Shown piece by piece: positions 13,767 to 35,500 of a DNA stretch of 64,000 nt. The notes below the pieces were generated by a model. The model searched no databases. It was not told the origin of the DNA and saw only the letters and a list, made by a program, of their open reading frames with translations. Numbering within the stretch: position 1 is the first letter of the stretch; every line of letters starts with the position of its first letter. This DNA comes from Takakia lepidozioides (taxonomy: Eukaryota > Plantae > Bryophyta), in NCBI GenBank assembly GCA_030704615.1, contig CM060734.1:56296001-56360000 (forward strand). Reading direction: 5' to 3'. The position numbers and the translations under genes are program-made.

Positions 13767-16030
13767 TTAGGGCAGAATGGTGACATGGACCTCTTGCTTT
13801 CTGTTCTTGAATTGAAAGGGGCTGCTATAGCCAGCGTAAACTACAGATTTCTCATCGTACTTTGTACCATCCTTGTCCAAAGCCTTCTTCAGCTCTTGCC
13901 ATTTGGCCTGATAAGCAGACTCATCGGCGAACCCTCCAAACGGGCCAATTACAGCCTTGACAGCTCCTTTGGGCTCATCGAATTTGACGTGTGAGTCCAG
14001 TGGTCTGGGTAGATCATTTACAGATTTAAACCTGTTCAAAGTAAACATAGCCAATGGAGCAAAATGTTAGCACTCTTAGATGCTATCAACCTCTACATTC
14101 CTCAAAATAAAGAAACAGGCATACATGCTGCCTGGCAACATCATTACATCCCTGGAGAGCATTTGAAATTGAAATATTAAAACAGCTAAATGCTCACAAT
14201 GTACATTGGATCCTCGACTAGTGTGGAGAGGAATCACTCATCTGCATTATACATGAACATCGGGATGAGGGTCCTTCTTTTGTGCTCTTCTAACAAATGT
14301 TCAAAGGCCTGCCTTAGACAGAAGTTCCACTGTCCAGGGCTTCACTGAATAAGGTCTGTAGCTTTTAGCCTTTTGATCACCCACCCATCTTCACATACCC
14401 GAAAACTAGAGCACTGCAGGCAGAAGAATGGCGGCAATAACTGTTGCTGGAGGCTCACATTGATATGTGACTTCCACACATATAAAAGAGTGACAGAGAT
14501 TGCAGACTGCAAATGGGTTAAACTCATAATATTCTTGTGCCCTGCAGACTACTCAGATAAAGCCAAAGCACATCAGATAAATGAAAATGACTTGAGACAT
14601 ACCTGCTGGGAACAAAGAAGGCAATTTTGTAGCCCTCTTCTTCAGGGGCTGGGGTAATGTGAACAGGGCCTGTCATCTCAATGCTCATGGCCTTTGAGTT
14701 TTGGCCGGATATGAAGAAAAAACAGCGGTAGAACCCTATTCTAATTGCTGAACTATATGAGGAGTTCGCCACCAAGTTTTCTGCCCAAATCTGTCACCAA
14801 ACATTTCAAATTTTCCTGTTAGTGATGAGCTTACAGTAATCTTCAAGAATAAAACAAGGTCTTTAACTTTTCAATCACCCAATTTATTGCCCATTAGCAA
14901 AGAAAGTTCCAAGCCAAGATCAGCTGAGAGGGTGGAGAAGAAAAAGAACAAGGCTTGACATCTCTGTCACAACCTTTTACTCACAATTCACAAAGCCCTT
15001 CTATGTTGACTTTTCTAGTAGACAAACTTACAAAAGATCAGATGTCATCCTCAAGCGATTTACTTGTAGAGGAGTCTGCCAGTGGTTAAATCCTTGATCA
15101 ATACATTTCTATCAATGTATGCATGTGAGACACACTAAAAATAGAAACTCACTCACCAATACCTGCAGACATTGGCTACGACACCCCCCCACCCCCTGCA
15201 ATGATACATTCCCCTGGTGAAGGTTGGAGTTCTACCCCACCAGAACATAACACCCGTCCAAAAGGCCATGGGGCTAGAGCAAAACACACCGGTTACAAAG
15301 AACCAAGTACTGAATTAAGGGATGGCATTGACATTTAGACAACTCGCAGTATTTATGCCAGGAATGCCACTCTGTGGCCATCTAACCCTAACCCACAACA
15401 AACACCTGTCTACTGTGGCACAGCCAAACGCACGTTGATGCACACAAATCAACACAATAGAAGCCATTAATTTCAAAACCTGCAGATATTCTGCACTTCA
15501 AACTAACTTCCGTGCCTACGCACACATGTTGCAATTCCCCGAGTCTGTAATACTGAAGCGTGACACGCCACTTGTGTTTAGGAGGCCCAACTATATTTGA
15601 GCTGACCGCTGAATCTAATAAAGAATCTCGAATTTAAGCCTGAAAACAATCAGAGTAATTATACGCTCTGATGTTCTCACAGACATCGCAACCAGAGCCC
15701 AAACCACACCATGCGAGTTGCTCTACTAGATTCTCAAGGAAACCTCGCTGAGGACGTAGAATTCTACACAAAGCAATACAATGCACAGAAACTCACCAGG
15801 CCATTGGGGTACTTTCGGAGCTCGTATCCAGATCCACTTCCAACCACTTCACAGGCAGGAGTCTCAATGGAGAGCTGTGGCCCGCATGTTGCGTCACTCT
15901 CATCCGCTACTGCAACAACATCTTCGGAGGTGATGAGGCGCAGAAGCTCTGGCGCCCTCCAAGAAGCCTGAGCTGCTGAGATTGTCCCCGCCAGCAAAAG
16001 AAACACGAGCATTTGGTTGCGCATCGCCAT
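13767..16030 (-). CDS. SOUL heme-binding family protein, 3 exons (16030-15797, 14790-14603, 14031-13767), with a hydrophobic signal-peptide-like N-terminus
   Basis: Motifs IETPACEVV..YELRKY, GFYRCFFFISGQN..IEMTGPV, FFVPSRF..LPRP, FGGFA and YAGYSSPFQFKNRKQEV. GT-AG junctions keep the frame. Confidence 0.92.
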
Positions 16031-16552
16031 CCTTCCGCTCCGTCTGCCCACACCAACTTACTCGATCTTCCCACAGCGAGCCTCGCCACTCTTCACCAAG
16101 TCGATGGGCTGTTCCTTTTGGGCCGTGTCGTGGCACTCAACTGGTGCGTTTCAACCGCTAGTTCTGGATAGGGCGTCCTGCAGATTGGCCGACATACCGA
16201 CACGTATAAGTGGGAGGTTGGAGTGACCCAGCTCACAAGCGATATTTGGACGTGCTATCTTATGTGGAATGTATGGAAGAAGATGCTCCCTACATGTAGT
16301 AGTTAGTCTCAGGTGAAATTATGCACCCGATCGTGAACAAGAAAAATAAATCCGTCAATGGCAAAACGACATTATACATGAGCGCGGTTGTGGAGCTTGC
16401 ATGTGGGTACCATATGATCATTACCAATGTTGTGCCAATCCGGGTAAAAAATGTAAAAGATTTGTTGCTGACAATGCTAAATCGTGAGTACACTGAGCGA
16501 AGGCGGGTCCTCGGCGAGTTAGGATCCGGGTTACTCGGACTTGCACATGGAC

Positions 16553-16778
16553 CCGTGCTAGCACAAGAACCCCGGACCCTAACCGGGGTTCATTTCTAAA
16601 ATGAACCTCCAACCAGACCCGGACCCGCCTGCTGGTCCAGAACCCGTTGAACCCAGCCCCAGGGCCGGTGCGAGCACAAGAACCCCGGACCCTAACCGGG
16701 TTCATTTCTAAAATGAACCTCGAACCAGACCCGGACCCGCCTGCTGGTCCAGAACCCGTTGAACCCACCCCCAGGGCC
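16553..16778. repeat. Two-copy tandem repeat, ~113-bp unit, rich in GACCCG/AACCCG motifs (probable DNA-transposon subterminal remnant)
   Basis: GCACAAGAACCCCGGACCCTAACCGGG...GAACCCGTTGAACCCA occurs at 16561 and 16674. Confidence 0.85.
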
Positions 16779-16902
16779 AATGTAGGGGGTGAGGGTCCAG
16801 GTCTTAATCTTAGATGGGGCATGCGGGTCCACCTTAGATCTGGTAGGTTTTGTCATATGTGTGGAGGGGACGAGCAGCAATAGGCCACTGCAGCAGCCAG
16901 CC

Positions 16903-17045
16903 CCACCAGGTTGTAGCCCAGTGGTAATGCCCACATTACACCTCAAAAGCGGTTGTGGGTTCAATCCACCGAGTGGTGTCACAAAGTTGTGCCCTATGGG
17001 ACCATAATTTACACCTCCCAAAGGAGGCGTCATATATTATTATTT
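16903..17045 (+). mobile_element. tRNA-derived SINE-like element
   Basis: A-box TAGCCCAGTGG (16914-16924), B-box GGTTCAATCC (16958-16967) and a (TAT)n tail. No intact cloverleaf. Confidence 0.55.
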
Positions 17046-17563
17046 GGCCAGATCCCACACATCCACGCTATAGTGATCTACCCTTGATTACTATTCTTAA
17101 CATGTTTAAAGAATTGATATTGAAAAATAGAAAATAGAACTCAAACTTCTATTTTAATTCTTATTCGTGGTATACATATTCATATTCATGGTATACTTTG
17201 AAGGAATGTCTCTTAAAATAAAATTCATTATTAAGATTTAAAGTTTTTTCCAGCCAAAAAATAATTTTATCCCTAATTAATCTTATTTTTCTGATTTATT
17301 TAATCAATAAATTAGGACCCGGATTCAAACCCGTGAACCCCCCAGAGAGACCTTGAAATTTATTCATGAGGAAAAAGTAACCTCACATGACATGCCATGG
17401 AGGCTGATGAAAGGGACACCGCCCCCTACTTAACTTATTGTTAGAACATACTCCTATATTGAATTTTTGTAAGATTTAAATTTTTTTAAAGGAAAACACT
17501 GGGAGCGAGAGCTCACAAATCACGCCCCTTAATTATAGTGAGACAATTTCGTAACGTTTAACT

Positions 17564-17797
17564 GTCAGTAGCTCAGTTGGTTAGTGCATTGAGTGCCACC
17601 CAGATGATACTGGGGTCAAATCCTGCTACTTGACGGGTGTGGTATACTCTCTTTCCCCTTCCCTGGGTGCTGTCCCATTTCTCAGCCTCCATGGCACGGT
17701 TACTGTGAAAGAGGTTATTTTCTCCTCTCGCTATCAAGGGGCCTGATTTGTGAGCTGTCGCTCCCAGGTGTTTCCCTCTATTATAAAAGAAAAAAAA
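17564..17797 (+). mobile_element. tRNA-derived SINE with A-rich tail
   Basis: Head GTCAGTAGCTCAGTTGGTTAG...GGGGTCAAATCCTGCTACTTGAC carries A and B boxes. Its 3' body GGGGCCTGATTTGTGAGCTGTCGCTCCCAGGTGTTTCCCT plus poly(A) recurs at 62261-62313 (+) and about 17481-17530 (-). Confidence 0.75.
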
Positions 17798-18494
17798 CCG
17801 TTCAAATGCTGCTGCTGTGTCCCACGGGTATGGTTTGTTTCCTGACCGGTTGATCTTGGGGTGATGTTTCCCTCGTGTGCCCAATGGCTTATATGAAAGG
17901 GGGTTAATTTTTCTGAATTGTGAGCAATCACTCCCGGGGTTAAAAATATAGTTTCGGCCTCTCTCGGGCCTTCAAAAAAAAAAAAAAAAAACACTCCCGA
18001 GTTTTCCCTTTCAGAAAAAAGAGAGGAAAAAGCGAAAAATAGGATAAATATCAAACCATTTTATTCGGAAAATGTTTTTTACACGTGCAAGTTGCAACTG
18101 TGCATTGTGAGTGTTTTGAATTGGCTATTTAGTGACGCTTCTAATTGCAACAGTGCAGCCACTGCTGCTTCCACTTGACAGTCTACCCATGCTTGTTTCT
18201 TGTAGCTATCCATCCTAAAAGTCTCTTCTTGTGAGAGATGTGACAGAACACTTTGAGAATATCAGGAAAAAATCCTTGACTGCCTCTTTGAGAGACTTCA
18301 TAGAAAGCCAGCCTAATGATAGGTGTTGAGGTCCTTCAGCCCTACCATACCTTAGCCATGGACTCTATGAAGTGACAAGATTATTTAATAGAATACTAGG
18401 AGAAAATCTGTGTACTGGCAATTCTAGATTACTGAATGCTTGCTACAACACTTCTTATTGAAGTATCAAATTTCAATATGGGTTGTCAATACGG

Positions 18495-21243
18495 TTAATC
18501 CATCCGACGAAGAAGGTAGGCTACTTGGACCTGCTTTGTGAGAGGCATGACCCAGTGTTCATAAAGAGTTCCGACAAGGTCAGGGTCAATCTTGTAGTGT
18601 GCATTCTTAACCTCGCCATGCTCATTCACCTCCTGTCCATATGTCCTGGCTTTATTTGCCACCCGTCGTTTCACATTATCTTCTACATTCTTGTAGGTGA
18701 GCTCTGCCATTATTGCATCCCCATCCTGCCATATTGCCAATGACTGACTGAATGAATACAAAACGTCCAACAGCGGGTCATACTTAAGCCCACCTTCAGT
18801 TCACACAATCCGATGGCCAATTTGCAAGAGGAACCAACTGCAGATCGATCATCCACGTTTAGCAGGGCTCCTATTGAGTTTGTAAGAACCTCAAGATGAA
18901 GTGCATGAATCCCTGACCAACTCCAACAGTTCATTGACTCCGCACACAACCAATTGTAGCCTGCTCGCGTACCTGTGCTTTAATGTGAGGTTCAAACCTC
19001 CCTGGATCTTCAGTGAATTTGGCCTCGGCAACAAATTTGCCATAGTGTATCCTCTTTGACAGAGCCTGCAAAACCAATGAGGTGTCCATAACCAGCCACT
19101 CCCAGAAAGCAGATCATTCTCCTGAATACCTTGACCCCGTACCTTGTGTCTGCCGCAGCTCCTCGAAAGGAGGTAAGGAAGGTTGTGGGTGGCAAGAGGT
19201 GTCATTGACTCTAACCATGTTGGCTATGCCATATACCTACAGGGCGCAGTGCCTCCTAACCCTATAGAAAAATGCGTTATTGGAATTCATTGACACTGGT
19301 ATGAAATGCGCCCAAAGGTTGGCAGACTTTGACACCGGCCACAACCTAGTAACTCTAGCTCCTTGATACACATGCATATGGGCTTTGGTGTTTCCCTTCT
19401 CATTCTGGCATATTTTCCACTTGACAATACTCTCCACCTTAGTAGAAGAGCAAAGGGGGATGAGGAAAAAGGGGACGGAGGAAGAGGGAGGGGCCCATGC
19501 TGCAGCATGTCTGGTCATATTTCTATCCCCTCATTGTGGGAAAACCGGTGGAAGAGAGGGAGGATTGCCTGCAAACCACAGAAACCTAACTGAAGGACTA
19601 GGATAGGGAAGAAAACCTGCAAACAAAGCACGTCACAGAAGGAAGTCGAGCCATAGTTGCCATCATCGCCTGATGTTGTAATCTTGGGTAACAAATCGTC
19701 CAAATACATGCTCCAAATTGCCTTATTGATGTTGATACTGTCCGCAGCTGGGTGTAGCACCTGCCTTTGCCCACCCGCTTTATCACCACCTATAAGAGAT
19801 TCCTAAAGTAACTAACAACTCTGGCATTAACTGGCACAAAATTACACAATGAAAGAGAATGATCCAAGAAACTCAGCTGCTCAGTCACCAATGACTTAGA
19901 GCACGGCCTCCTGAACCAATCAAGGTAACCAAGTGACTACATTGGATATCAGACAAGAATCAAGACTAGCAATGATTACTCTTACAGTTATGTCCAGGGG
20001 CAGTGAATACCTTGGAATCTAGGATACTAGGCAGAAAAGGCTCAGGCAGGTCCTCTGGAAAAAATGGATGCTCATCAGGTGCATAGTACCTGCGAACCTG
20101 TTGGTTATGTCCCTTCATCTCGTCAATATATGCCTCTGTTACATGTTTCAAAGGCCTGAAGAAGGCACGCAATCTTGATTCTTGTGAAATGTCAGGAGCT
20201 GTAGATAATGTTGCAAGTAAAAATCATAATGTGGTGGACGTGACCACAGCCTGAAGATAAGTGCTCCAAAAAGGTTTTCGAATGATATGGCTATGGGAAT
20301 ATTCAATTTATGATGGCCTTGCAACTTTCTTTAATGAGAACCTCTCCAATGGAATACAAAGAACTGAAAGCTGAGCTCCATATGTCTTCTAAAGATGGTA
20401 CACCAATGCAACAAGGGAGACCCATTAAGCATTTTGCAAGATGAGCCTGCCCTGAAAATTGTCAACTTGATGCTTTACTGTAGAATTCACAGGACCTCAC
20501 TCAGAATAAAATTAAGAAGGTAAGAGGAAGGTACTTTTGCATGTAGGTGCTCTGTCTCTTTGAGCATAAATTCCACAAGAGTCCCCTTGAAGTCTGGAAG
20601 TGCGAAACTGTTGGCGTCATACGTAGGGCCATTGAAGCAGTACTGTGCGCGCTCTAACAGCGCATATATGATGGTGTCTTCCTGTCGTATGAGTGAGTCC
20701 CGAATACTAGACAATGTCAGAGGCTGGAGGTAAACATCTCTACCTGCACTGATGCTGTTCAATGATCATGTTATCCAGACAGAAAACAAAATCGTAAGAT
20801 ACGGCGAGAGCACTTGAAGCAACTCCAATAGAAAATACCTCAAGAAGGGAATGATTTGATGAATTGAAACACAAGGAGATTTCAAAATGCACATGCCGTA
20901 CCAGCAGGTCTCAATTTATCGACTCTCGTGTGCTCCAGATCATGCAAGAAGAAACTTACAAATCAGATGGAATATAAAAGCCTCTCTCAGACAACAGGAA
21001 GCAGGATCGACAAACATGCATCCAGACTAAGTCTCAATCTGCTATTGGAGACCAAAAGAGTTGAAGGCACCTGCTAAGTGGAGGCTGATAAAGCCCCTGC
21101 TCAGATCGCAGAATGGAAGCCTGGCAGACAGGGGCCCATGCCTTCATTGACCGAGGCCGCTGTGGTGTAGCCACAGCCGACGACCCCGGACTCGAAGAAG
21201 CAGCCGAGGGCAGGCTAGCAAGCAGGCAACGAGAAAGCGCCAT
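18495..21243 (-). CDS. CM: Chorismate mutase (AroQ eukaryotic type) with a plastid transit-peptide-like N-terminus, 6 exons
   Basis: [71 protein letters not shown] and [19 protein letters not shown]. Exons are about 21243-21071, ~20755-20535, 20097-20011, 19760-19617, 19065-18973 and 18725-18495. Confidence 0.96.
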
Positions 21244-22255
21244 GAATCTATCTAAAAACAACTTGAAAGCTCGTCGATCGATCTAGCACCCATGGACCAT
21301 TTCTGGAAATCAGCGGGACGAGAGGCTATCTTCAATGCAGGATACCATGCAGCGCAAATGGGCACTCCAGTAAACAAGAAACTTTAGCGTTTCACATGAG
21401 GCAAGGGTTGCCCAGGTCTAAGTTGGGACGTTGGGACTTGTGCGTTGTCGCCTGATCGATGTGTTGAAGTCAAACCGACCTGACTTTTATATTCACTGTT
21501 TACGCCCAGACTACTATTACAAGTCTTCATCGACCTACAGACTACAGTGAGGGCCTACAAAGGCTGAAACTATGAAGGTACGTTGCCAACATCTGAGCAT
21601 TGAGAACTTTCAGGCATCATGCCTAGCTAGAAATCCCAAGATTTCCTTGTTATCACCCTTTCGTATAATCGGATTGAGCAGTGTGGGAAGCTTTCTTACT
21701 ACTTTTGAGATTGTCTGAATGACAAGTGAGAATTGGTGGGATCTTCCAAGAGTAATTTTAGCAACATAATACCAACATGTTGGAGACTGAGGGATACATT
21801 TTGATCTCGTGGCTGTTAGGTGTTTTCCGCTGGTCCATGCCACCAGTCAAAGAGAATGATTTAAGGGCATGATTGAGACACATTCTCTAGATCCAAACAC
21901 CTCTGCAAGCTCATGGTGGTTGATCCATCCCCTGCAAGTTTAGGTTCATAGGGGCATTCGAACACTTCCTCAATCCCAATCTGCTACAATCGTGCTACGC
22001 ATGCAAACAAAACACTTTGTCCATCACAAGAATGTCAGTTTCTGATCCCAATTCCTTTCATAAAGTTGTCCATGTACAGCATTGTGCAATTCAATTGAAC
22101 AGTGTAATGTTGAACAAGATTGAACGTTCTAAAATGTTGTTACAACTGTCAGTACAGATGAGTTGGTTTTGAGAAGCCAATTTATCAAGCTCCACGAGAG
22201 CAATCCAATTTGGTGCAAAACATTAATGATCCAGATAGACTGTCTAATGTCATGA

Positions 22256-29897
<7,642 letters not shown>

Positions 29898-32224
29898 GCC
29901 CACCACCAACACTGTGAGTTACTCTCTGCTACTTTCCTTCGTGGGTTCCTTAAGCACTTCAGCACAACTCCTCGTAGCTGTTATCTTGTAGTCTTCCCTT
30001 AATCCCTCCTTAATATGAAGTTGAGCCTGAGTCTAAGTAGTGTATTATACAGCTGTGTTTGGTAGGAAGTTGGGAAATCCACGTTGTCCCTGCGTCACAG
30101 ATCTTTGCTGCATTCTTAGTTATAGGAACCTAAGGGCAGGGCCACAATCTCTGTCTTCATTACCCAAATCGAATCTCACACTTAGACAGTAAAGAATCCT
30201 AGGGTTCGACCAAACGTTAATTAGTTGATCGTGGCACCTTGCAGCCCTCGGGTCTTGCCTGATGATGATTATTATACTGGCTCCAATGTAGAATCCTGTG
30301 ACTGGGAAGAGAACTGTGGGATAGGGGCAGCCTAAGTAGGACTCCACCAGCACAAGTATTTTCTACTGCTCAGACTAGAAAGCGACTATTTTACTTGGGA
30401 ATTCGTCAGATCCACCGTTAGATGACCCGTGTATGCACTCTCGGTAGCCACACCCAGTCCTCATTCCAACCCCAGTTCTCCCTCGACCAAATTCCCATGC
30501 AAAGGTCATTCTAAGCAGGTGCTTAACCCCAACACATGAAAGGTTCATCTGCCTTACCCAAAGCAACTGTGGAAAACACCAGCAAACAACACTTACTGGC
30601 ACTTCAGACATTTAGCAACCCAGAGTGGATTGTGGAACTAATCTCAAAAAGGCTTTAACCATCTCAAATTTCCATCACAATGCCAAAATGCTCTTAATTC
30701 TTCTCCACTATTACGTGCACATGCTCATAGAAGACTGTCGATCTCCCCGGGGAAATGCCATTGACCCTGTGGCGCAATTTGATAGAATCACGTACTCCGT
30801 GATAAGTACAAAAGCAATGCAGAACACACTCATACGTACGCATGACAAAGCAACATGTTTTTGAGTCCGAGGTAGTACCATGGGATATGTTGGGTGGCTT
30901 GTGCTTTGAGGAGGCTGTAAGAGTCCCAAACCAAAATGCCGCAGGGCCACGTGCCTGCGCACCCAAACCCACTACACATTCCATCAGCCCAACTTCCGTC
31001 GCCATTCTCACCTATTGCTTCATTCTACGCCAGTCCCACTACCCCCAAAATTCAGGATCCAACCTCCCCCACTCGCCACTCCCGCTCTCCTCCACGCCCC
31101 TCCCAATTGCATGTTCCTTCTACGCTCCTAGCATCCAGATGCAGTTCAGAAAGATAGAAACTTAATGGAGTCCACAAGGAGAGAGACTCAAATGCAGCGG
31201 AATGACAACACAGGATGAGAAGGGAAGCGATGACCCACCTGCGGAAAAGCCCCAGCAAGCTAGGCTGGAAGGAAACGGAGCGAAAAGCACGGCTGCAGGA
31301 TCCAGGGCACGGTGAGGAGCAGAGAGCGGACGAAGAGGAGGAGACGAGGGCGTGAGCCTGCATTTCTGCAGAAGCTGTGTGTGCTTGATTTTGTCTGGAA
31401 AGACCGAGGCAGTCTTCACCTACGGGATCATGCCACCCCTGCACCCTTCCTCACGTGGCCACCTCGCATCTATCTTCCATGCCTGCGGGTCCCATCCCAC
31501 CCCACCCTCGGCCTCATGTCCAACACTGTTTTTGCTCTCCCATTCTGTGCTCATTCAGTTTTTGGGCCTTCTTTCTTTGTATATTTGATGAAAACCTGTA
31601 CAGCTTTCTATACAGGAAACATGAGGTATATGAACATATGATAGAAAAATCCTTTCTTTCTTTGTATAACTTACTCTTCCTCACTCTTTTGATGGTGAAG
31701 ATTGTGTGGGATGCTAACAAGAATTTCTTTTTCTTCTAAGGGAACAAGAAAAGGAAACGGATGGACATACATTATACAAAAACATGGTTCGGCTCCGGCT
31801 GATTGGGTAATATTGAGAGAGAGAGAAGACTCCGGCCCAAGCTAGAGTAAACATGAGTCGATTCCTGGCAAACCAACAACACCTTGCACATGGTTAGTTT
31901 TCTTTGTGGGAGTTCAGTTTCTCTATCAAACCAAGTTTGACTCAAGAGAGGTGATTACATTTCACTGCCGTGGGCACTGTAGGTATGTAGTGCTGGGATC
32001 AAACAGGCAGGGTGTTGTTGTGATAGAGAGCATTGGAAGAGTACTTGGTTCTCCAGTTCCAAAATCTCTATTGAAGTGTTGGGGTGTTACTAACTATCAT
32101 CCTCATCATCACCAAGTGGGATGTGCTTGAGAGTCGGGTTGTCATGTTTGGCAATTGGCGAAGTTGCCATAACTAATTTGAATCAAATTTCTTGAATCAA
32201 ACACAGGTCAGATTTGACTACTTA

Positions 32225-32430
32225 TGGCTACTTCAAGTTCTCGCAAATCTTGACAACCATTAGCTTTGCTGTTTTCTTAGGTAAGAGCCGGACGTCACTT
32301 CTCTGACTACTGAATAACTAGTGCTCTCCTACTTTTGGCTACTTCAAGTTCCCGCAAATCTTGACAACTATTAGCTTTGCTGCTTTCTAGGGTAGAGCCG
32401 GAAGTCACTACTGAATAACCGCTGCTCTCC
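32225..32430. repeat. Diverged tandem duplication (~105 bp x2) downstream of the UFSP gene
   Basis: TGGCTACTTCAAGTTCYCGCAAATCTTGACAAC...TGCTCTCC occurs twice. Confidence 0.85.
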
Positions 32431-32592
32431 GCGTTTGTACATAATGCCATAAAAACATGTAGCATCAAATTCCAAAAATTAGACCATGGACTTCAATCAA
32501 ATTATCTATGAACAAAACCCTTGATTTCAAGACAGTAGTATCATGCTTCACACATGACCTTTTCTTGCACCATCCGCAGGTATATCCTGTAC

Positions 32593-35500
32593 TCAAACAG
32601 TATTGGGGCGTTGTGGCAATAAAAGATTGTAAAATTTATTGGTGAGGAAAAAGTTTCGGCCAGTATTGTTTACAGCCCTCTTCCACCCACACCACCCTCC
32701 ACTACGAATGCTCTTCAAGTCCTCGCCACCAGTGTAGTGAGGGTCCAGAATGAGAAACGCGCTCTCTCCAGTCAGCTCATTGTAATCCACCCCCAGCAAC
32801 GTGTATGCCAGAACACCTCCCCCTGCAGACCACACAAATATGGTTAAGAACAGACCATGAGGATAGGGACTTCCTGTCCCAACTACTCTCTATGCTGGCA
32901 TGCTAGCACTAGAAAACTACAGAGAAGCTTATCAAAGCGGGGCATATCGGAACACCACATTCCTGGAGCTAGAAAACTTCCTCAGTCACTTCTTATCTCT
33001 CACCTTCCTGGCCTTAGCACTGGATAATAGAACTTAGAAAACAATCACGAATATGGCAGAACCACCAAACATGTCCATTAGCCACAAGCTAACAAAGCGG
33101 TTGTCTGAAGGATGGTATCAACCAAAAGGTAAGCCTTTACATGGACATAAGTAGATATTAACAAGAAATCGCTGCTTAAGAAACAACAGCGACTACCTAC
33201 TGCTTCGGTGATTATCACATTGGCAGGTTTTGCAGGACATCGGACAGCCACCTGGTATACAAGTTCTCTCTCTGGAGATGAGAGAAATGCAATGAAATGG
33301 TACTTTATGATGCTTATGGGACAAGAGGAAGAAAGAGACAGAAAGAGAGGGGCCACAAGCAGCCCAAAAGCAACTAAAGCTCAAGGGACTGTCTAAGAGT
33401 CAACACTTCGTGCAGGTAAGCTCCCAAGCATTTCTGATCCTTGTACAAGAAAGACCTCCGTGAGAGATGGGTAGTCCAGAATAGACACTTGAATCTCCCA
33501 TGGATCTCATGGTATAACGGGCAGTGAAAGAAGAAATGTTCTTCACTTGCAATTTCCTCTAGTTCCCAGCGCAAGCGGGGCATAGGTGGTCATCACATTG
33601 CAGATTTCCCCACCTACCAGTCACTATCCGCAGGACTGTGGGAGAGCACCCTGAACCTCCCCAATGCCCTCAGAAGAGAGGAAGATAGACCTGCAGACAG
33701 ATAATCAGGCCACAAGATCCTCTCCTCCCCGAGAACCAAGAATGTCTCACGCTAGAAGGTGCAGTTTTGTTGTTGGAGTGGCTGATTTACATGTCCGCCT
33801 GACGTGCAGTACCATAAGTTCTCTTCTGATACATCCCTTATGGTCCTGTTTGCACACAATTTCCACCCCTTCCGTATTTTGTGGAAGTAGGGAAGCAACG
33901 GAGAGTTCATTGCCCTCCAAAAAGTTGAACACGAGAGCATACCAAGAGTGCCTCAAACCAGGGGTTTTGAGCCTGATAGAGGTTGACAGAAAGAGGGGAA
34001 CAAGATGAAGGCAAATCTGTTGTGTCCACCTCATTTTCCAACCAACCTGTCCTAGTAGGCAACATGAGGGAAACTTTACCCGAGGAGCATTGGTCTACAT
34101 CTTGATATCTTCCTCTTAGCAAACAACAACAATCCTTGGCATGCTAGTCAACGTTGAAGTGATGACCACAAATGAAGGGCAGGCTCACCAATCATGACAG
34201 GAGTGCCTTGTGTACGAAAATGCAAAGCCAGCTCCCTGCATTTACTGGGCATATCTGCTCCACTACGAACGTTCAGAATTTTACAGGTTACCTGCACCCA
34301 ACACACATTCAGTCACCCTACATAGCCATCCATGACCTTCATGGACTAGCTTGGCTTACTATGGATCATTAACATGCTCCTTAACATCATGTGCTAAACC
34401 CTTCCACAGATATGGGTCTAAACTTTAAAAATGCACATTTGGTCACCCTACATAGCCGTCACATAAAACTAGCTTGACCTATTATGGATCATTAACATGC
34501 TCCTTACACAATCACGTGCTAAACCCTTCACAGATATGTTTTTTTTTTTAAAGCTCAACATACAGTATGAAAGTTATTTATAAGTAAGAGCCACATACAC
34601 CAAGAAGTTTATCGAGTACAAAACTAAGCTCAATAGCACCAATCCAGTCCTGCGATCCAATGAAGGATGCCTCCTTGTCTCCTATCTCTACCAATGTCTC
34701 CTGTATTTGTCTGCAAATGGACAGGCCATAAAAGTTAGGTGTCATGTTCCATTGCCAGGCTAACCATGAGACTTCTGAGGACTCTTAGGAATAGGCAACC
34801 CTATGAGCAGGCTAAGGAAGCTTGCACCACTTACAGATGTTAGAAGTATCCCAGCTGCCACCTTTTGACAGCTTATTTTGGGAGAAAACAAACCTCAAAC
34901 TAAAGAAACTTGGTATCCTTGGATCTCACTTAAAACACCACAACAACCCACTGCTTTCTGAGATAACAGTAGCAACTCCAACTCTAAAAGCATTTACAGT
35001 GTAGAACCTTCTTAATGTCAATTGCTGTGCTGAGGAGTACACTTCATGTGCTCTCAGCCATAGAAGATGTTGCCAGTTCAAAGTGTATATCCAGACTTTT
35101 GCTGGGGAGCTTAACAAGGCCAGGCATGTAAAACCTTGCTTCCTTTTAAAGTAGGATGGCCCGAATATGAAAAGGTCGGTTAGAGGCATGTTTACCTGTG
35201 GGATGGGACATGCACAGAGGTGTACTGTTGGAGTCTGAACCAGGAAACAATTGTTTGCAATGACCGATATGCACATCCCCAACCCTGCCATAACGGCAGC
35301 CTCAATTTAGCAAGCTTAAGAGAACTGTATCATTCGACAGGAAAACCCCATTCATCATGAATAACCTCCATGGCCCTCAACCTCATTAAGGGAAACAACG
35401 CTCCACTGCAAAGTAAACCCTTCAGTTCCACCAAAGGAAAAAGGAAGTTAGGAGATGCAACAGAAAAAAGAGACCAGAGTATTTTGTAGCAAGAGTGATT

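Noticed and set aside
16553-16778. CRISPR-like array, or real proteins from the Pro/Gly-rich ORFs
   Set aside because: Only two contiguous units with no spacers in a eukaryotic context; the ORFs are by-products of the repeat.
17564-17635. Functional tRNA gene
   Set aside because: The B-box is degenerate, the anticodon and T stems pair poorly, and it continues into a repeated body with poly(A), so a SINE head fits better.
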